Assembly: GCA_013265495.1 (NCBI GenBank)
Contig: MU058781.1
Coordinates: 1,592,963 to 1,656,962, forward strand
DNA from: Vicugna vicugna
Lineage: Eukaryota
Length of the DNA: 64,000 nt
Direction: 5' to 3'
Shown here: piece after piece, positions 12,910 to 26,149 of the stretch
How the letters are laid out: the number at the start of each line of letters is the position of its first letter
How positions within the stretch are numbered: position 1 is the stretch's first letter
Notes under the pieces: model-generated
Told to the model about the DNA's origin: nothing
The model's database searches: none
What the model saw: the letters and a program-made list of their open reading frames with translations, nothing else
Program-made: the position numbers and the translations under genes

Positions 12910-14274
12910 TTTAATATCTAATCAGAGTTTAAAAGTTTCCCAACAACACAAAAGGATGTTTTAAACTTTGAGACATTAATTAAAACTGTACAAATATCTA
13001 TGTATATATAACCATTACCACTAACATAAATTATCCTTGTAGATTTTAGCATTTTTCAGCAAGGTGAGCTGAATCTTCTGTACAAAAATACCGTATTATT
13101 TTATAATGTGCTTTTGTATATCCACAAGGTGATACCAATTACATAAGCATTTGTTACAGAGTCATAAAATACATAAAATATCAGCAGTCGATAACATTAT
13201 ACTTTAAAAGTAATGTCCAGTTCATAAAGTGACAGGCTTAAGTAGAGAAGTCCTAAATTCAAAATGTGTACTTTAAATACCAATTTAGAAATAAAACCAA
13301 AAGTGTGTACTAAGAAATCACTGCTATCGCAGCTGAATGCACTTGCTCTTCAGAGCAGATGTGAAGGTCAGAGCCGAGTCAGTGACCTGCAGCAGCAAGT
13401 TTGCTTTGGGGAACGAGCTGGCATATCTCACCTTTGGTAGGAACACGGAAACAATGCATTTTGAAAGTCTGATGAATGCACTTCTCACTTCCAAGGACTT
13501 TTTTGATGTGAAGATGACAGAACCCTGACTTGGTTCACTGGGAATCATCAAGCTGTTGGGTTTGATAGTCACCATGAATTCAGAGCAGTTGTTGGTCACA
13601 GTCAAACAACAGACTCTTTCTCCACCAAAATTAGGTGGCGTAATTTTGAAATCTTTATGTTAAAGAAATAGTTATTTCTAAGAAAGACATCCGGTGCAAG
13701 ATTGGAATTCCCATTGCTTCCACAGTTTCATAGTAGAAAAATAAATGATAAATTACCATCTTTCTGCCATTGCCCACAAGGTAGAGTAGAGCCTTGGCCA
13801 AATCAGAAGCTTTACCAACAGTCCACACGTCTACCTAATGCTATGAAATACCAAAACAAAACAAACCTCTGAGGCCAAGCAATGAAGTACTAGTTGAGGC
13901 AAATATATGACAAATGAAAACTGAAACACTTCAAACACTTAAATTTCTGGAGGCTTTTTTTTTTAAGTTTCTTGTACTTAGTGTCTACTAATTTGTAGAT
14001 CAGATACTTGATATTTTGGCAAATAGTTTATTCAATACTTTGTAAAGTCCTACCCATATATCAGCATCGTGTGGGTGATGAGGCTAAGAAAATGCATTTC
14101 ATTTCTAGGAAAGAAATAAAATAGGAGAAGCTTTTTGCTCTTCAGAGTACCCACTATCATATATTTCTTCCAGAACACAGTAGAAATAGACATCTGTAGA
14201 CATTTCCCAGGGTCAGGGTCAGGGGACGTGCACAGACCACGTGGAGCAGGGTTGTGGGCCTTCACACCAGACTC
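12910..14274 (-). other. MAK: MAK 3'UTR with candidate proximal AATAAA (14027-14032) and distal ATTAAA (12910-12915)
   Basis: Unique AT-rich sequence after the MAK stop, bounded by the L1 tail; hexamers read on the minus strand. Confidence 0.55.
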
Positions 14275-14445
<171 letters not shown>

Positions 14446-14919
14446 TCAGAAAAGAAGATTTTATTCATCTGATTATTAAATTCAAAATCAATTCATCTTC
14501 TCATTTCATGGGGGAAATTTTGAATTTTATCTTTGAAAAATTAATTCAGTGGTCACTAAGTTTTTTTTTAATATAAATATTGAGACCAAAAATTCTCCTG
14601 TAGTATTATATTGATGCCAGTAAGAATTCTGAGCTGCTCAAGAGCCATCATTTCTGGTTTATAGCTCTGACACTGCTACTTTTATTTGGGTTCACTGAAG
14701 TGCCCATCGTATTTAGATAGGCAGTACCTTCTTGGTCTAAGTTCAGTGGGCAATGCCCACAGTGTTAGTGACTATTTAAAATTACACTGTGGTTGCTTCT
14801 AAATAATATTCGAACACAGTATCACTACAGGAAGTGTATTCAGAATTGTGAATCCTGTGACGCTCTGGCTGCATGGAGCTACACAGATGGGGTCCCGTAA
14901 TAGGTTTCTTTTAATGTGG

Positions 14920-15096
14920 GGTTATTTTTTTTAAGTTTCTTTTTTTTTTAAATAGCTTTATGTTTTATTTATTATTTTATTTTGGTGGGGGAGGTAACTA
15001 GGGTTATTTATTTTTAAAGAAGCTACTAGGGATTGAACCTAGGACCTCATGCATGCTAAGCATGCACTCTTACCACTTGAGCTATACCCTCCCCCC
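14920..15096 (-). mobile_element. Vic-1-type SINE, long-tailed form
   Basis: Minus strand GGGGGGAGGGTATAGCTCAAGTGGTAAGAGTGCATGCTTAGCATGCATGAGGTCCTAGGTTCAATCC...; TSD taatgtgg at 14912-14919 and 15097-15104. Confidence 0.85.
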
Positions 15097-18029
15097 TAAT
15101 GTGGTTTTTAAGAGTCAAGAAACTTCCATGTTTTACTGGGGAAATGCTGATTGATAACAGAATCCCTTTAGAAGGTGAGCCCTACTTAGGATCCCAAACC
15201 TTTCGTCACAAGGTTCATTTTATTCATAGATTTATTTGGCTGATCGAAGTTTTGTGAAAATTTGAATTTGGGAAACATTTGTTCCCTGAACAATTTTTAA
15301 GCTAAAATTGCTCAAATGACAAAGCCATAAATCATTTTACAGAGAACTTTAATTTCCTCAGTTCCTCCATCCCTGCCTCACTTCAGACTGGGAGCTAGGT
15401 GTCACAGGTATTGTGTCTGATGTTCCATCTTTCCATTTGGGATTTAAATATCTTTTCACACTATGTGTTAGGTGACATTCTTGGATTAAACTCTGTAAGA
15501 GTCGATTTTGAAGTGAGTCTCTGATGGTTCTGTATACCTAACACTAGCTATACCATGTTTACTGGCATAGTTTCCCCAGTTTTTTCCTACACTTTTACTG
15601 TAGAATTGGGAGTACGGGAGGAATGTAGGGAGCCTGTTCTGACAACCTCAGCTACCAGGGAACAAAGCAGTGAGGAACTGCCTGGTGACAGTTCCCCCTA
15701 ACTGCTGTGTGGTTTGGTTGGGACAGCGAGGCCAGGAATTTTCCCTTGGTTTGACAGGTCATTTCATTCCACTCTTACCAGCTTTAAAGCTCTCAAAGCC
15801 AATAAAAGGTTCCCTATGAAAGACAGGGACCATGTGCCTAGGAGGGCCAGTTAAGTGCACTGTTTAGTTATAACCCACTGGAATACAAACCAGCATCAGT
15901 CTGAAATGAACGTGCTCACGCCTGAGACCTGCAGGTCAAAATGGTACCCTGGGCGGAGGAGCACTCATGGGAGGGGAAGGCGTGGGGAAGGAGGGACAGG
16001 GAGGCCATAGGCTCCGGTGATTCAGAGGAGAAAGGGAACAACTCCTTCAGCTAGCAGTGGGTGGGAATGGGTGAGGGGCTTGGGGAATACCATCCAGAGC
16101 AGCTTTTTTTCCAGGTCATGAGATCACCTCAGTCGAATCCTAAATGCATTGGGAGGAAACTGTCCAGGCCAATATTTGTAAAACCTTCTTTGAAAAGGGA
16201 ATCATTTTGCTAGTAAGGCAGTAGCGCTGACATTTAGGATTCCTTTCTGAGAAATTACAGAGTTTTAGGACTCCAGCACCCTTAGTGAAGACCTTAGTAG
16301 GTGACAGCGGAGCCCAGGTCTCGTGTCCAGGCAAGAAGCGCTGTGTGCCTCAGCTGGGCCCGTGCCTCCCAGCTCCCTAGAGCGGAGCAGTCAGCCCTCT
16401 GATGCTTGCTGTGCATTTATTTTACAAACTGCTTCCGTCCTATCAAGGGCATTTAATTTCTTGTAGAAAATGTTTGCTAAAGGAAAAGGCATTTGCCTCT
16501 AGTTGAGAATGTCATCAATGCCATTACTGCGTAACTTTTAGCAAGATAGAAAACGTCTGTGAAATGGAGATCATGACAGTCCCGTCTGTCAGAGAGCCAT
16601 GGGAGGGTTCAGTGAGTTAGTGCAGGCAGAGCACTTAGACCAGGGCCCCACGCTTCTAGAGGGCGGCTGTGTCTGAAAGAAGTCTCTCCTCTAAGTCCTT
16701 GTTACTGTCAAAGCAGGGGACAACGAGGGATGAGGAAGTTCAGGATGAGAGATTACATGGGGAGGAAGAAATTTGATTTGATTTTTCTTCTCCAAACTTG
16801 AGGATGAGGAAGAAGAGCGGAGAGGGAGGCTGAGAGGAGGGGAAATAGTTGAGTAAATACAGTAATGACCTGGTTTTATTTTCTTGTGGGAAACTGTCAC
16901 ACCAGTGGGAGGACTGGAAGACACACCTCTCACAGAACAGTGTTTTCCTAAGGATTTGCACTGACCACTTGAGAATGCTTAATATTTACTTCTTTTTTTA
17001 ACCTTTCCTCCTATCACGATCTGTAGGGAAATCTGATAAGCAGAGTAAATGAAGAGATGAAAAGTTATGAGAAGGCATTTTACTTAAAACAGAAAATGAA
17101 AACAGGAGTATGCATGCAAATCTGACAGAATAATTAATATATAAAGGCCTCCAATATCTTATAAAACTGCAGTGAAAAAAGACCCACTTCCACTTTCTAG
17201 AGCAGGTGCTCTGATGACAAAATACTCTGAGACGTTAAGATTTTCTGCCTTTATATTAAAAAGGGCTACTAAGCCATGGCTAATCACTCATTATAAGGCT
17301 GCCTTAAAATATTTGAGGCTTTATAAAAATTACTGCTGCATATAAAATGTTTGTTTATGTATTTTGTTTTGGCAGAGAGATAATGAAGCATTTCTTTTCA
17401 CAGATAAGGTAACAGACTACTGCTTAAGCAGTTCTGTTGTAAGAAATAAAAAATTATCCAAGTCCAGTGCTTTTTACAGTTTTAGCTCCAAGAGTGCGAA
17501 CTTTAAAGATCGACGGCTCTAATGGGGAGTTCTAATGCCAGATCCTGGTCAGGATAGGCTGTGAGAAAACTTTTCGAGTCAACTTGTAAACTAAATTAAC
17601 TAACTAGGTATCTTACCAAACTTAATGTTTATTGTAGGTGCTTTAATAAGGATATCTGTTTTAGATTAAATAGGGAACGTTCATAGTCACATCGGGTCAG
17701 CTCAAGTACAGAATCCTCACCTTAGCTTCAAGAGCGTCCCCCTACTACGTGGCTGTTGTTCGCCACGCCACTGCAGAGCAGGTGACCTCGTTAGTCATAA
17801 CGTTGGAGGGTGGGGAGTAAAACGTCACCACCTAATATATTGCAAAGCAAAAGCCAGTGGAAGTTCTGCCACGGTTTAGTTCTAAACTCTGAGATGGAAC
17901 TGCAGAAGACCTGCCCGCTAACTGACACGGAACAGAGTCTCAGCATTTATTAAGCTTTCTCTCTGTGCTGGGCGGGAAGCCCTGAACAGTGCATCTTCTT
18001 ACAGCTCACTGCGTAGCACAGCACACTCT

Positions 18030-18220
18030 TTGGAATCAGACGACCTGAGCTTCTGTCCCAGCGCCACTGTTTAAGAGCGGTGTGGTCTTAGGTCAGTTAA
18101 CTTAAAGTCAGTTTCCTCATCTGTAGATGATCGACCTCATCAGCTCATTGGGACGATTCAGTGGCACAATCCATGTGTCTGGCAGACAGCGGCCACTTAA
18201 TTAGAGGTAGCTCTTCTTAA
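18030..18220 (+). mobile_element. MIR SINE (similar MIR relics at ~1290-1480, ~1700-1780, ~18600-18980, ~20060-20180)
   Basis: ctttggaatcagacgacctgag...gtcagtttcctcatctgtagatg matches the MIR core. Confidence 0.65.
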
Positions 18221-18374
18221 GAGACTCTCAGACCACGTCTTTGGAAGAAAAACAGGACGTTTTTGCCAAAAACCAATAAAGCTGTAGTTAGTAGGTAAGG
18301 CTAATTTAAAAGTCTTCACTCAGGAAAAGTGACCATATAAACTTTAACAAGTTCCTTTCTGATCAGAATTCTCA

Positions 18375-18590
<216 letters not shown>

Positions 18591-20767
18591 CTATTCTGTG
18601 AGCATCTGTTACATTTCACACGCAGCGCCGAGGTTTTACAGATAATCCTATTCAGTCCATGTAACAACCCTCTTAGACGCATGTTACTATCCACGCCTGA
18701 CTCGGCTCGGTTCTCACAGTTAGGAAGTGACCGTGCTAGAATGTGAACCAAGGCTTCACGCTGGAGGTGCCAGGGCTTTCATGACTCCAGTTCTTAACAT
18801 GAGAGTGTATTTCCTGCCAGGAAGCCCCCATCCCTGCGATGCTCTCTGAGCGCGTCTCCATCTCGTAAAGTCACTCTGATGAGCGCGCCTGTCCTCACAG
18901 GGTTGTTGTAAGGACTGAATGAGATGAATGCAAAGCACTTCGCATGGGATATGCTGTTCAACAGAGTCAGCTGTCATCATCCTGGGCGCTATTAGTGAAT
19001 GGCCACTCGGGGGGCAGTACAGGGATGGGTAGCAGGGGGACAGTAAAGGCAGGAGACCAGTCAGGAGGTCACTGCTATAGCTCAGATGAGAGTAAGAGAC
19101 TCAGGCAGTCATGGCCGGATGGAGGAGGGAACTGCGCAGTGGAGGGGGGCAGGGGGAAGGGCAGGAGAGAGAGGAATAGAAACCCCTCAGTCTGTAGGTG
19201 ACCGAGAACAGCAATGCAGGAGGAGAATCAGGTTTGGGATAAAGACATAGAGCGCATGGCAGCTTCAGGTCCCAGGCCTGGAGATTTGGAATGAGCAGGG
19301 GATGGTGGTTAAAGGCGCATGGGCTTGGAGGAGCGCGCTCAGAGGGACTGCAGGATGTGCAAAGGCCTGGAAGAGAACAGAAGCCCAGGGGACACAGCAT
19401 TAAGGGGAAGGAAAAAGAGGGACAGGGAAGCTGTCTCAGTGGCCCGAGGCAAGCTGAGGACAGACCACAGTGAGTTGAGGAATAAATGGAAAATAAGAGG
19501 AAACAAGAACCCAGACTTCTCGTTCAAGGAGCCTGGCTACGCTGAAGGGAGACAGGCTTGTCAGGGAGACGGTGGAGCAGGGCTCTGACCGCCTTGGCAG
19601 CTTCAAAGAGCTGTTTGCTTGGCAGCTTGACTGAAGCTTATTTTTACAAGGTGTTATCTGATTGCAAGGCCAGACTCTGTCCTGTGTCCCTGAGCTCTGT
19701 CAGGGGCTATGCGTAGGAGGTCTCAATAAGTGTTTGCTCTTGAACCAGCAAAGGTCGACAGCACGAGTATTAATCAGACCCCGAAGGATTTCACACAGTG
19801 TCCGTGTGATCAGTCTGTACAGATTTAACACTGCTGAATTTTGCATACACACAGCTGCCTAACTTGTCCTTCCTTTTCACCTCAAGGACTTGTTCTGAGT
19901 TGCAAATCTGCCCTTTGACTTTTGAAAGGGAAGTTCAAGGCAGTGATTCTGTTTGTAGCAGCTTCAGAACATCTCGCTCTCTTCCCATCATATCAAGGCA
20001 AACCTTATTAAATGCTTCCTGTGTGAAAGAAATCCTAGGTATGGTTATGTAATAATGCCTGGTAAATATTATTTCCTCTGTTTTATAGGTGAGGAAAGTG
20101 ACTTAGGGGGCCTGAGTAACTTGTCTAAAATCATAAGACTTGTGAGTGACAGAAAGGGGAGAGATCTGGCTCTAAAAGCCACACACTGAACAGTTGCAGG
20201 AAGCATCTTCCTACTGGAGGAAGAAGCTGCTTAGAAAAAGATGCAGAGAAAATTAAGTCGTCTTCTTAAATTATTTTGGCTTATCATTTGCAATACTTCA
20301 TGAGCTGCAAGTTTTCAGGTTGGAGCCAACAGTTAGCCCCACTTAAACCACTGACGGTGAAACTCTAGGAAATCCACCATCTCTATTAACTGGGTTAACT
20401 TTTTCTTTTAAATGATAGTTCGTGCTTAGAAATGAGTCTCAGAACTTAAAAAATTTTTCCAGGAATACTGATTATAAAATTAGGAAATACTCTTTTAATT
20501 ATTTTCAGTAGATTTGCTTGATGTCTGTAAACTGTCATAATTAAGAAGAAGAGCACATTTAGAGCGCCTCAAGAGCAAACGACTCTTAGAATTCCAGACA
20601 CTGAAGAAGAAGGTTCTTGAGGATGTGGATGCTTCTTTCTCTCCTAGTCCTGATCTGACCCCTAAAAGCAGGTGACCTTGGCCTTCACAGTGGCCTTTTA
20701 TGATGAGATTTGGGGTAAGAGAAGAAAGTTGGATAAGAGGTTCAGAGAACAAGCTGCTACCCATCTA

Positions 20768-20908
<141 letters not shown>

Positions 20909-22097
20909 TTAGAAAAAGCAGAAGAAAAAAATGGATTAGATGATTAATGAAAAGATCCAGAAAGAAATCTGAAAATGAGAAAATGCTCTGTGTTGTCACC
21001 ACTTTCATTTGATGCCAGTCGTACAATTCCCTGAGACTCAAAGTTGGGGCTGTCATTCTAACTGATTTGTACTTAACCAGTTGGTTCAGTGAATATTATT
21101 TTTAAATAACTGAGAACAAATAAGCAAATCACAATGCTGCAGTGTTTGACATCTCAGCACTATTAAGTGGATAAGCTGAGTCTTCAAAGCATGTAGAAAA
21201 CTTGTAAAATGTCACGTTGGAATATCTCACTAGACTCAACTGCTACACAGGGATCCTTGAACTTTTTTGATCCAGTACCACCTACATTAAAAAAAAATAC
21301 TCTGCCTCTTCACACACTTTCAGCTAAGATCTAAAATGTCTCATAAGTTTTACAGTTTCAAAGAATGTGACTTCTAGCATATTGTAACTACAGACATTTA
21401 AACATAAAACTATTACATCTCTCTTTTAAATGTAACCAGTGGAATCTAATGCCATTGTGGTTTTACACTCACCAGTATCGGCTTAAGAAATACACAAACG
21501 TTCCTTTTTAACAGGTGGAAATTTTACATTATCCCTTTTCTCTCTAAAATTTTATCTTCTCTCATATGTCAACTCCCAAATTTTATCCAAATACAACTTT
21601 AGACTGAAAAGCCTTTAACCAGTCAAAAAATGTGTATAAACTGAAACCTTTAAAAAATTTCTTATAACCATAAGTATATTAAAATACTTTTTTCTGAATT
21701 GTTAGTTACAAGTACAGTGATTCACTGTATATAATCAAAAAAGATGAATATTATAAAGTTTCATTATTAAAAATGAAAAGTCAGTTTTTTAGGAAATTCA
21801 TCTGTTAAGGAGAAAAGTGGGACTTTTTTCAAGTAGTTCACATATCCACAAATAAATATTACTTATTGCTAAAATCAGACAGGATTCAGCTTCATTTCAT
21901 TTTTTGGGAGCAGGAAGCAGTGAGAAGTCTTGTTAAATGTAAACGCATAGTTTGGAATGAAAGGTGTTTTGTTACAGCCTTGTCACTATAGTCTTTGAAT
22001 TCTGTTCAGAGTTACAGACCAAAAATCATACAGTGAGTTCATGGAAAATGATTTTTAATTATCTGTCAGCTATAACTCAGGCTCGCTCGCTCTCTTT

Positions 22098-22330
22098 TTT
22101 TTTTTTTTTTTTGAGTAAAGGTAGATTTATTTAGTGAGATAAATACTGCGTAGAGTGTAGGCTATTTCAAAAGGCCACGAGGTGTGGGGTTGGGTGCTCA
22201 GGTTAACGTAAAAGTAGGTACACACTCCACAGACAGTGCAGGCCGTCTCTGAAGAGGAGGGAGCGAGACAGGTGGCCATGAGGCGTGGTGTTGCTGGTTT
22301 TTATGGGCTCGGTAGCTTCATATGCTATAG
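22098..22330 (-). mobile_element. Polyadenylated LTR-like (U3/R-like) retro-insert with TSD
   Basis: Minus strand: CATAAAAACC ... AATAAATCTACCTTTACTC + A-tail of ~18; TSD gctctcttt at 22089-22097 and 22331-22339. Confidence 0.65.
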
Positions 22331-22768
22331 GCTCTCTTTCAATTGTTTGAAAATTAAGAACTGGAAACCACTTGACTTAAAAAGGATTTGTTTCCTAGTC
22401 ATCAGAGTTAACGCATTTTTTTTGACACTAACACCAGTATGTCAAACTGTCCCTTTGGCACCCCAAGTTATTTTTACACTTTGGGGAAAAAGGAAACACA
22501 GTGAGCAGTGAAAGTCTTTTCTTTTGCAAAGTAGGACGGTAGAGACACCTGGCTCAGGCAGGTCCCTTTTAGGAAAGAATCCACATGGAAGCTGAGATCT
22601 GGCAAATGATTTCCTTGAAACTATCTGCAGCAAGTACCAGCCGGAAAACCTCTTGTACCCTGCAAGGGTTATCTCAGTTGGAAGAAAGCAGCCGCAGTAT
22701 ATTTAGAAGTAAAAATCTGCAGAAGGAGAGCGGTGTGAATTTACACTTTAAAGGTGGTCTTGCTTTAC

Positions 22769-22891
22769 CTGCGTTAGTCCTTTTGAAAGCAAGTTCTCCC
22801 CCAGTGGGTCCCAGTGACTTAGGAAATAACTGGTTATTCCAGGTGTATGGGTTTCCACTCGCTACCAAGGATACGTTCTTGGGATTTATAC
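22769..22891 (-). CDS. MAK: MAK coding exon 11: [41 protein letters not shown]
   Basis: ctttctaag| acceptor, G|gtaaag donor, 123 nt; overlaps track ORF 22674..22868. Confidence 0.93.
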
Positions 22892-23476
22892 CTTAGAAAG
22901 ACAAAACAGTCATTCCAAAGGTTAGAGTGTGATCATAAACTTGAAGGGAAAATACACATTCAAACAAAGACTAGAAATAACTTGGGAGAGGACCATGGAA
23001 ATAAATTTAGGTTACAGTGTAGCAGATAACTTGCTTTTTGATGAACCCTAGCATGATCCTAAGTCCTAAGTACAATAACCTGGAATCCACACGGTTGTAT
23101 TTTACAAATAGAAGATTATTTTCTGTAATACAAGTAATAATAAACATTGGACACTTCTTGCTAAATGTCTTGTAAAAATTGAGGTGGCACAAAAATTTCC
23201 TTCGAAAAGATATCACCCCATCAGTCACTTATTTTGAGTGTGCGCTCTGGGCCAGACCCTTGAACACTTAGTGTAGCTGGGAAGACAGACACATGACCAA
23301 GAACCCAGGGGAACTGGAGGAGTTTGGAAGTAGATGTGTCAAGACCCATCTATGAATCTTACTGCATATCAGAGATAGTAAAATCTAAACAGATCAATTA
23401 TTTATGATTTTCTGAAGTCTGAGATGTGGAGTCAGTCTTGGACTTTGGTGCCAGTGGTCAAAGGGTGTTATTTTAA

Positions 23477-23571
23477 ACTTTTTTTTTTAATGGAGATGCC
23501 GGGGATGGAACCCAGGACCTCGTGCATGCTAAGCATGTGCTCTACCATTGAGCTGTCCCTACCTTGCCACC
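23477..23571 (-). mobile_element. Vic-1-type SINE
   Basis: Same body as the other copies (gcatgctaagcatg, cccaggacct); TSD tattttaa at 23469-23476 and 23572-23579. Confidence 0.8.
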
Positions 23572-23610
23572 TATTTTAAGAGATGTGAAACTTCCTTAAC
23601 TTGCTTTCTT

Positions 23611-23692
23611 AGTTTTTCTTAAATTGACGTATAGTCAGTTACAATGTGTCAGTTCCTGGTGTACAGCATAATGTCCCAGTCATGCATATATG
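23611..23692 (-). mobile_element. Very short 5'-truncated young L1 3' end
   Basis: aattgacgtatagtcagttacaatgtgtcagttcctggtgtacagcataatg; exact 13-bp TSD aacttgctttctt at 23598-23610 and 23693-23705. Confidence 0.8.
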
Positions 23693-26149
23693 AACTTGCT
23701 TTCTTGTTACTGATCATTAAATTGGATTCAGTTTAGGAAGTGCTAGGGTCATCACACTGTCTAAGCTTCTGGGTCACACGTGCAGGGTTCTCCTTAGTGT
23801 AGGACACAACCTCACTGAGGACTGTCATTCATGTCGAGAGCCGCAACTGTTTCCAGGTGGTGTGCACTTTGGCTTTTGAGCTCCTTCACAAGATTTTACA
23901 TTTATGAGATATATAATAATATCCCTGTTTTAAAGCCAGAAACAAGGCTGGTTGTTCTGAACCAAGCCTCAAGGTTACCTTTTGTAAGTTCTCTTAACTT
24001 ATAAAACACTCCATCAGGTAAATAATTTCCCTTTATTATAGGATCTAGCTCCTTATGGACTTTGGTTTCTAATAAAACACTTAACAAATAGAATTATTTT
24101 AGGCAATTACCTGACAACAAAGAAGATGCACTAGGTAGCAGTTACTCATGTTAAAAACACCTTCAAACAAACAAAAAGATCTTTACTCAAAAACAAGGTG
24201 CAGGGTAGGGGGAAAAACTACAAATCTTTTTAGGTGAACACTTTTTATAGATATACCTCAACAAAGAATGGGCCCTGAATACTTCAATTATTCTGTTAAT
24301 ACAGTTAGCCTTGTGATATCCCAATTTTTTTTTAAAGTATATACATACTACAGTACTGAAGATAATTGCTTTAATTCCTTGTCTTTTTTAAGATTTCACT
24401 TTTCTTGGAAATAGACAAGATCTAGAATTTTAAAACATGTACTGGTTTACAAGCTTTTATAGAGCACCTTCTATAACCAAATACTGTTAATTAAAGAGAA
24501 GCAGAAATTAATACACTATATCCCTCCCCTCAAAGGAGATTGAAAAGTCAGTTAGCAGATATTTACTGAGCACCTACCGCGTGCCAGGCAGTGTGTGTGG
24601 CACCAGAGAAAAAGTGGCGAACCAAACAGACCAGTTTCTACCCTTGTGGCTCTTACCGAGTCTACTCTAGTGAGAAGGGAGACATTAACAGTTATAGATA
24701 ATTAGGTAAGTAATTAGCAGTGTGCAAATTATTTAGAAGAATCTGATGCTGAGGGGGGCAAAACCCAGAAGCAGCTAAGCCAGCCAGCCAGCCTTTTAAA
24801 AAGGTAATTTTAAACTAATATGTGAATCACAGTTAGGACCCGGTATAGGAGGTGGAGAGGTGGGTTCCTGGGAGAGGCGACCCAGGTAGGGTGGGCACGG
24901 GACCTGAGAAGGGAGGAGCTCAGAGTGTTCATCAGGGATGAGCAAACACCGAGCATGGCTCAAAGTGAGGCTGGAGAGGGGAGCGGGCGTCAAATCACGG
25001 AGCATTCGTGTCTTGCTAAGAAGTTTAAAATGCGGAAGGAGAGGCAAATACAGAAATGACGTGGGCGTGGGATACACCAGGTGGGAGGAAGGTCACTAAG
25101 GAAGAAGGGGACTCAAGAAGGGTCCCCACAGCAGGGTTCCAAAAGTGCCGGGAGGGAGGGGGAGTGAGACCAGAGGGCACCCCTGAGATCGTTAGCACTT
25201 CCACTGTATACTCTATTTATAGCAACTACCTTGTGATAATTAAGTACCTAAGGCTTACAGGGTGAGCTGAGAGATGACCGTGGTCCCATTGTAAGTAACA
25301 GAAAACAATCTCAAAGTCGCGCTCCAGTACACAGCCGGTCAGTAGCAGGTCAGTAACTATGACTCTTGCGTCTCTCCCTGAAGGCCAGTGTCACAGATCT
25401 GCCAATCCTTGTAGTATAGTGTCATGCTGCCCTGAAATTATATGGCACATTTCTTCTAGCGCTCCCATGATCCTAAAAGTTGATGCTTAATAAGACCTTA
25501 ATACTTGGCTTTATGGGAAAAAAAAGGCCCCCAAAGAGAATATTCTTTCTTCGTTCCTGAAGATATTCAATTAATAACTGTGAACCGTAAATAAATGTTC
25601 GTGATCACTTCTTGTTGGCGTCTGTCTTCTGCAGTTGCTGACTCGCGACAGGTGCTCGGTAAATGTTTGTCCAAGTGACTGAACTGAGCTCAGTTCTAGT
25701 TTCAAATCTCGCCCAGCTCTAGAGGAGCCAACTCAGGGCAAAGCCTGCCCAAATAGGGCACAGGAAGGCTCGGGTTTAGATCCCAAGCAGTTCTAATTTT
25801 GAGCTATTTCTTGGGTCTCCATTGCAGCCATGATTCTTATCCAGAGTCACTAGCACAATCTGTTAGATCTTTTCTGGTTAAAAAGGAAATGATCAGACAG
25901 GTCTCAGATACCCTGGAACATGTTCCTGAAAACTGCGTCAGGAAGCAGAGCTGTGAAAACAGGGTGCTTTGGATCCGTTTATCCTCCATCAGAAATGTAC
26001 AGTAGCCTGTTCCACCACCAGAGGGCTCCCTTATGTAAGTAAGACAATGCTGATTTTATTTCAGTCAATGAGATGTGCATTTTTTTTTTTTTAAAACAAG
26101 AAGAGTCCCCCGTGAATCTTTGTTCTGGAAACTTTCTAATACCCCTACT

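Noticed and set aside
13324..13605. Overlapping ORFs in the MAK 3'UTR
   Set aside because: No recognisable homology or splice context; lengths compatible with chance.
15770..15930. Strong minus-strand donor CTG|gtaaga at ~15779 in the last MAK intron
   Set aside because: Several weak upstream AGs and no clear branch point or tract, so no definable exon.
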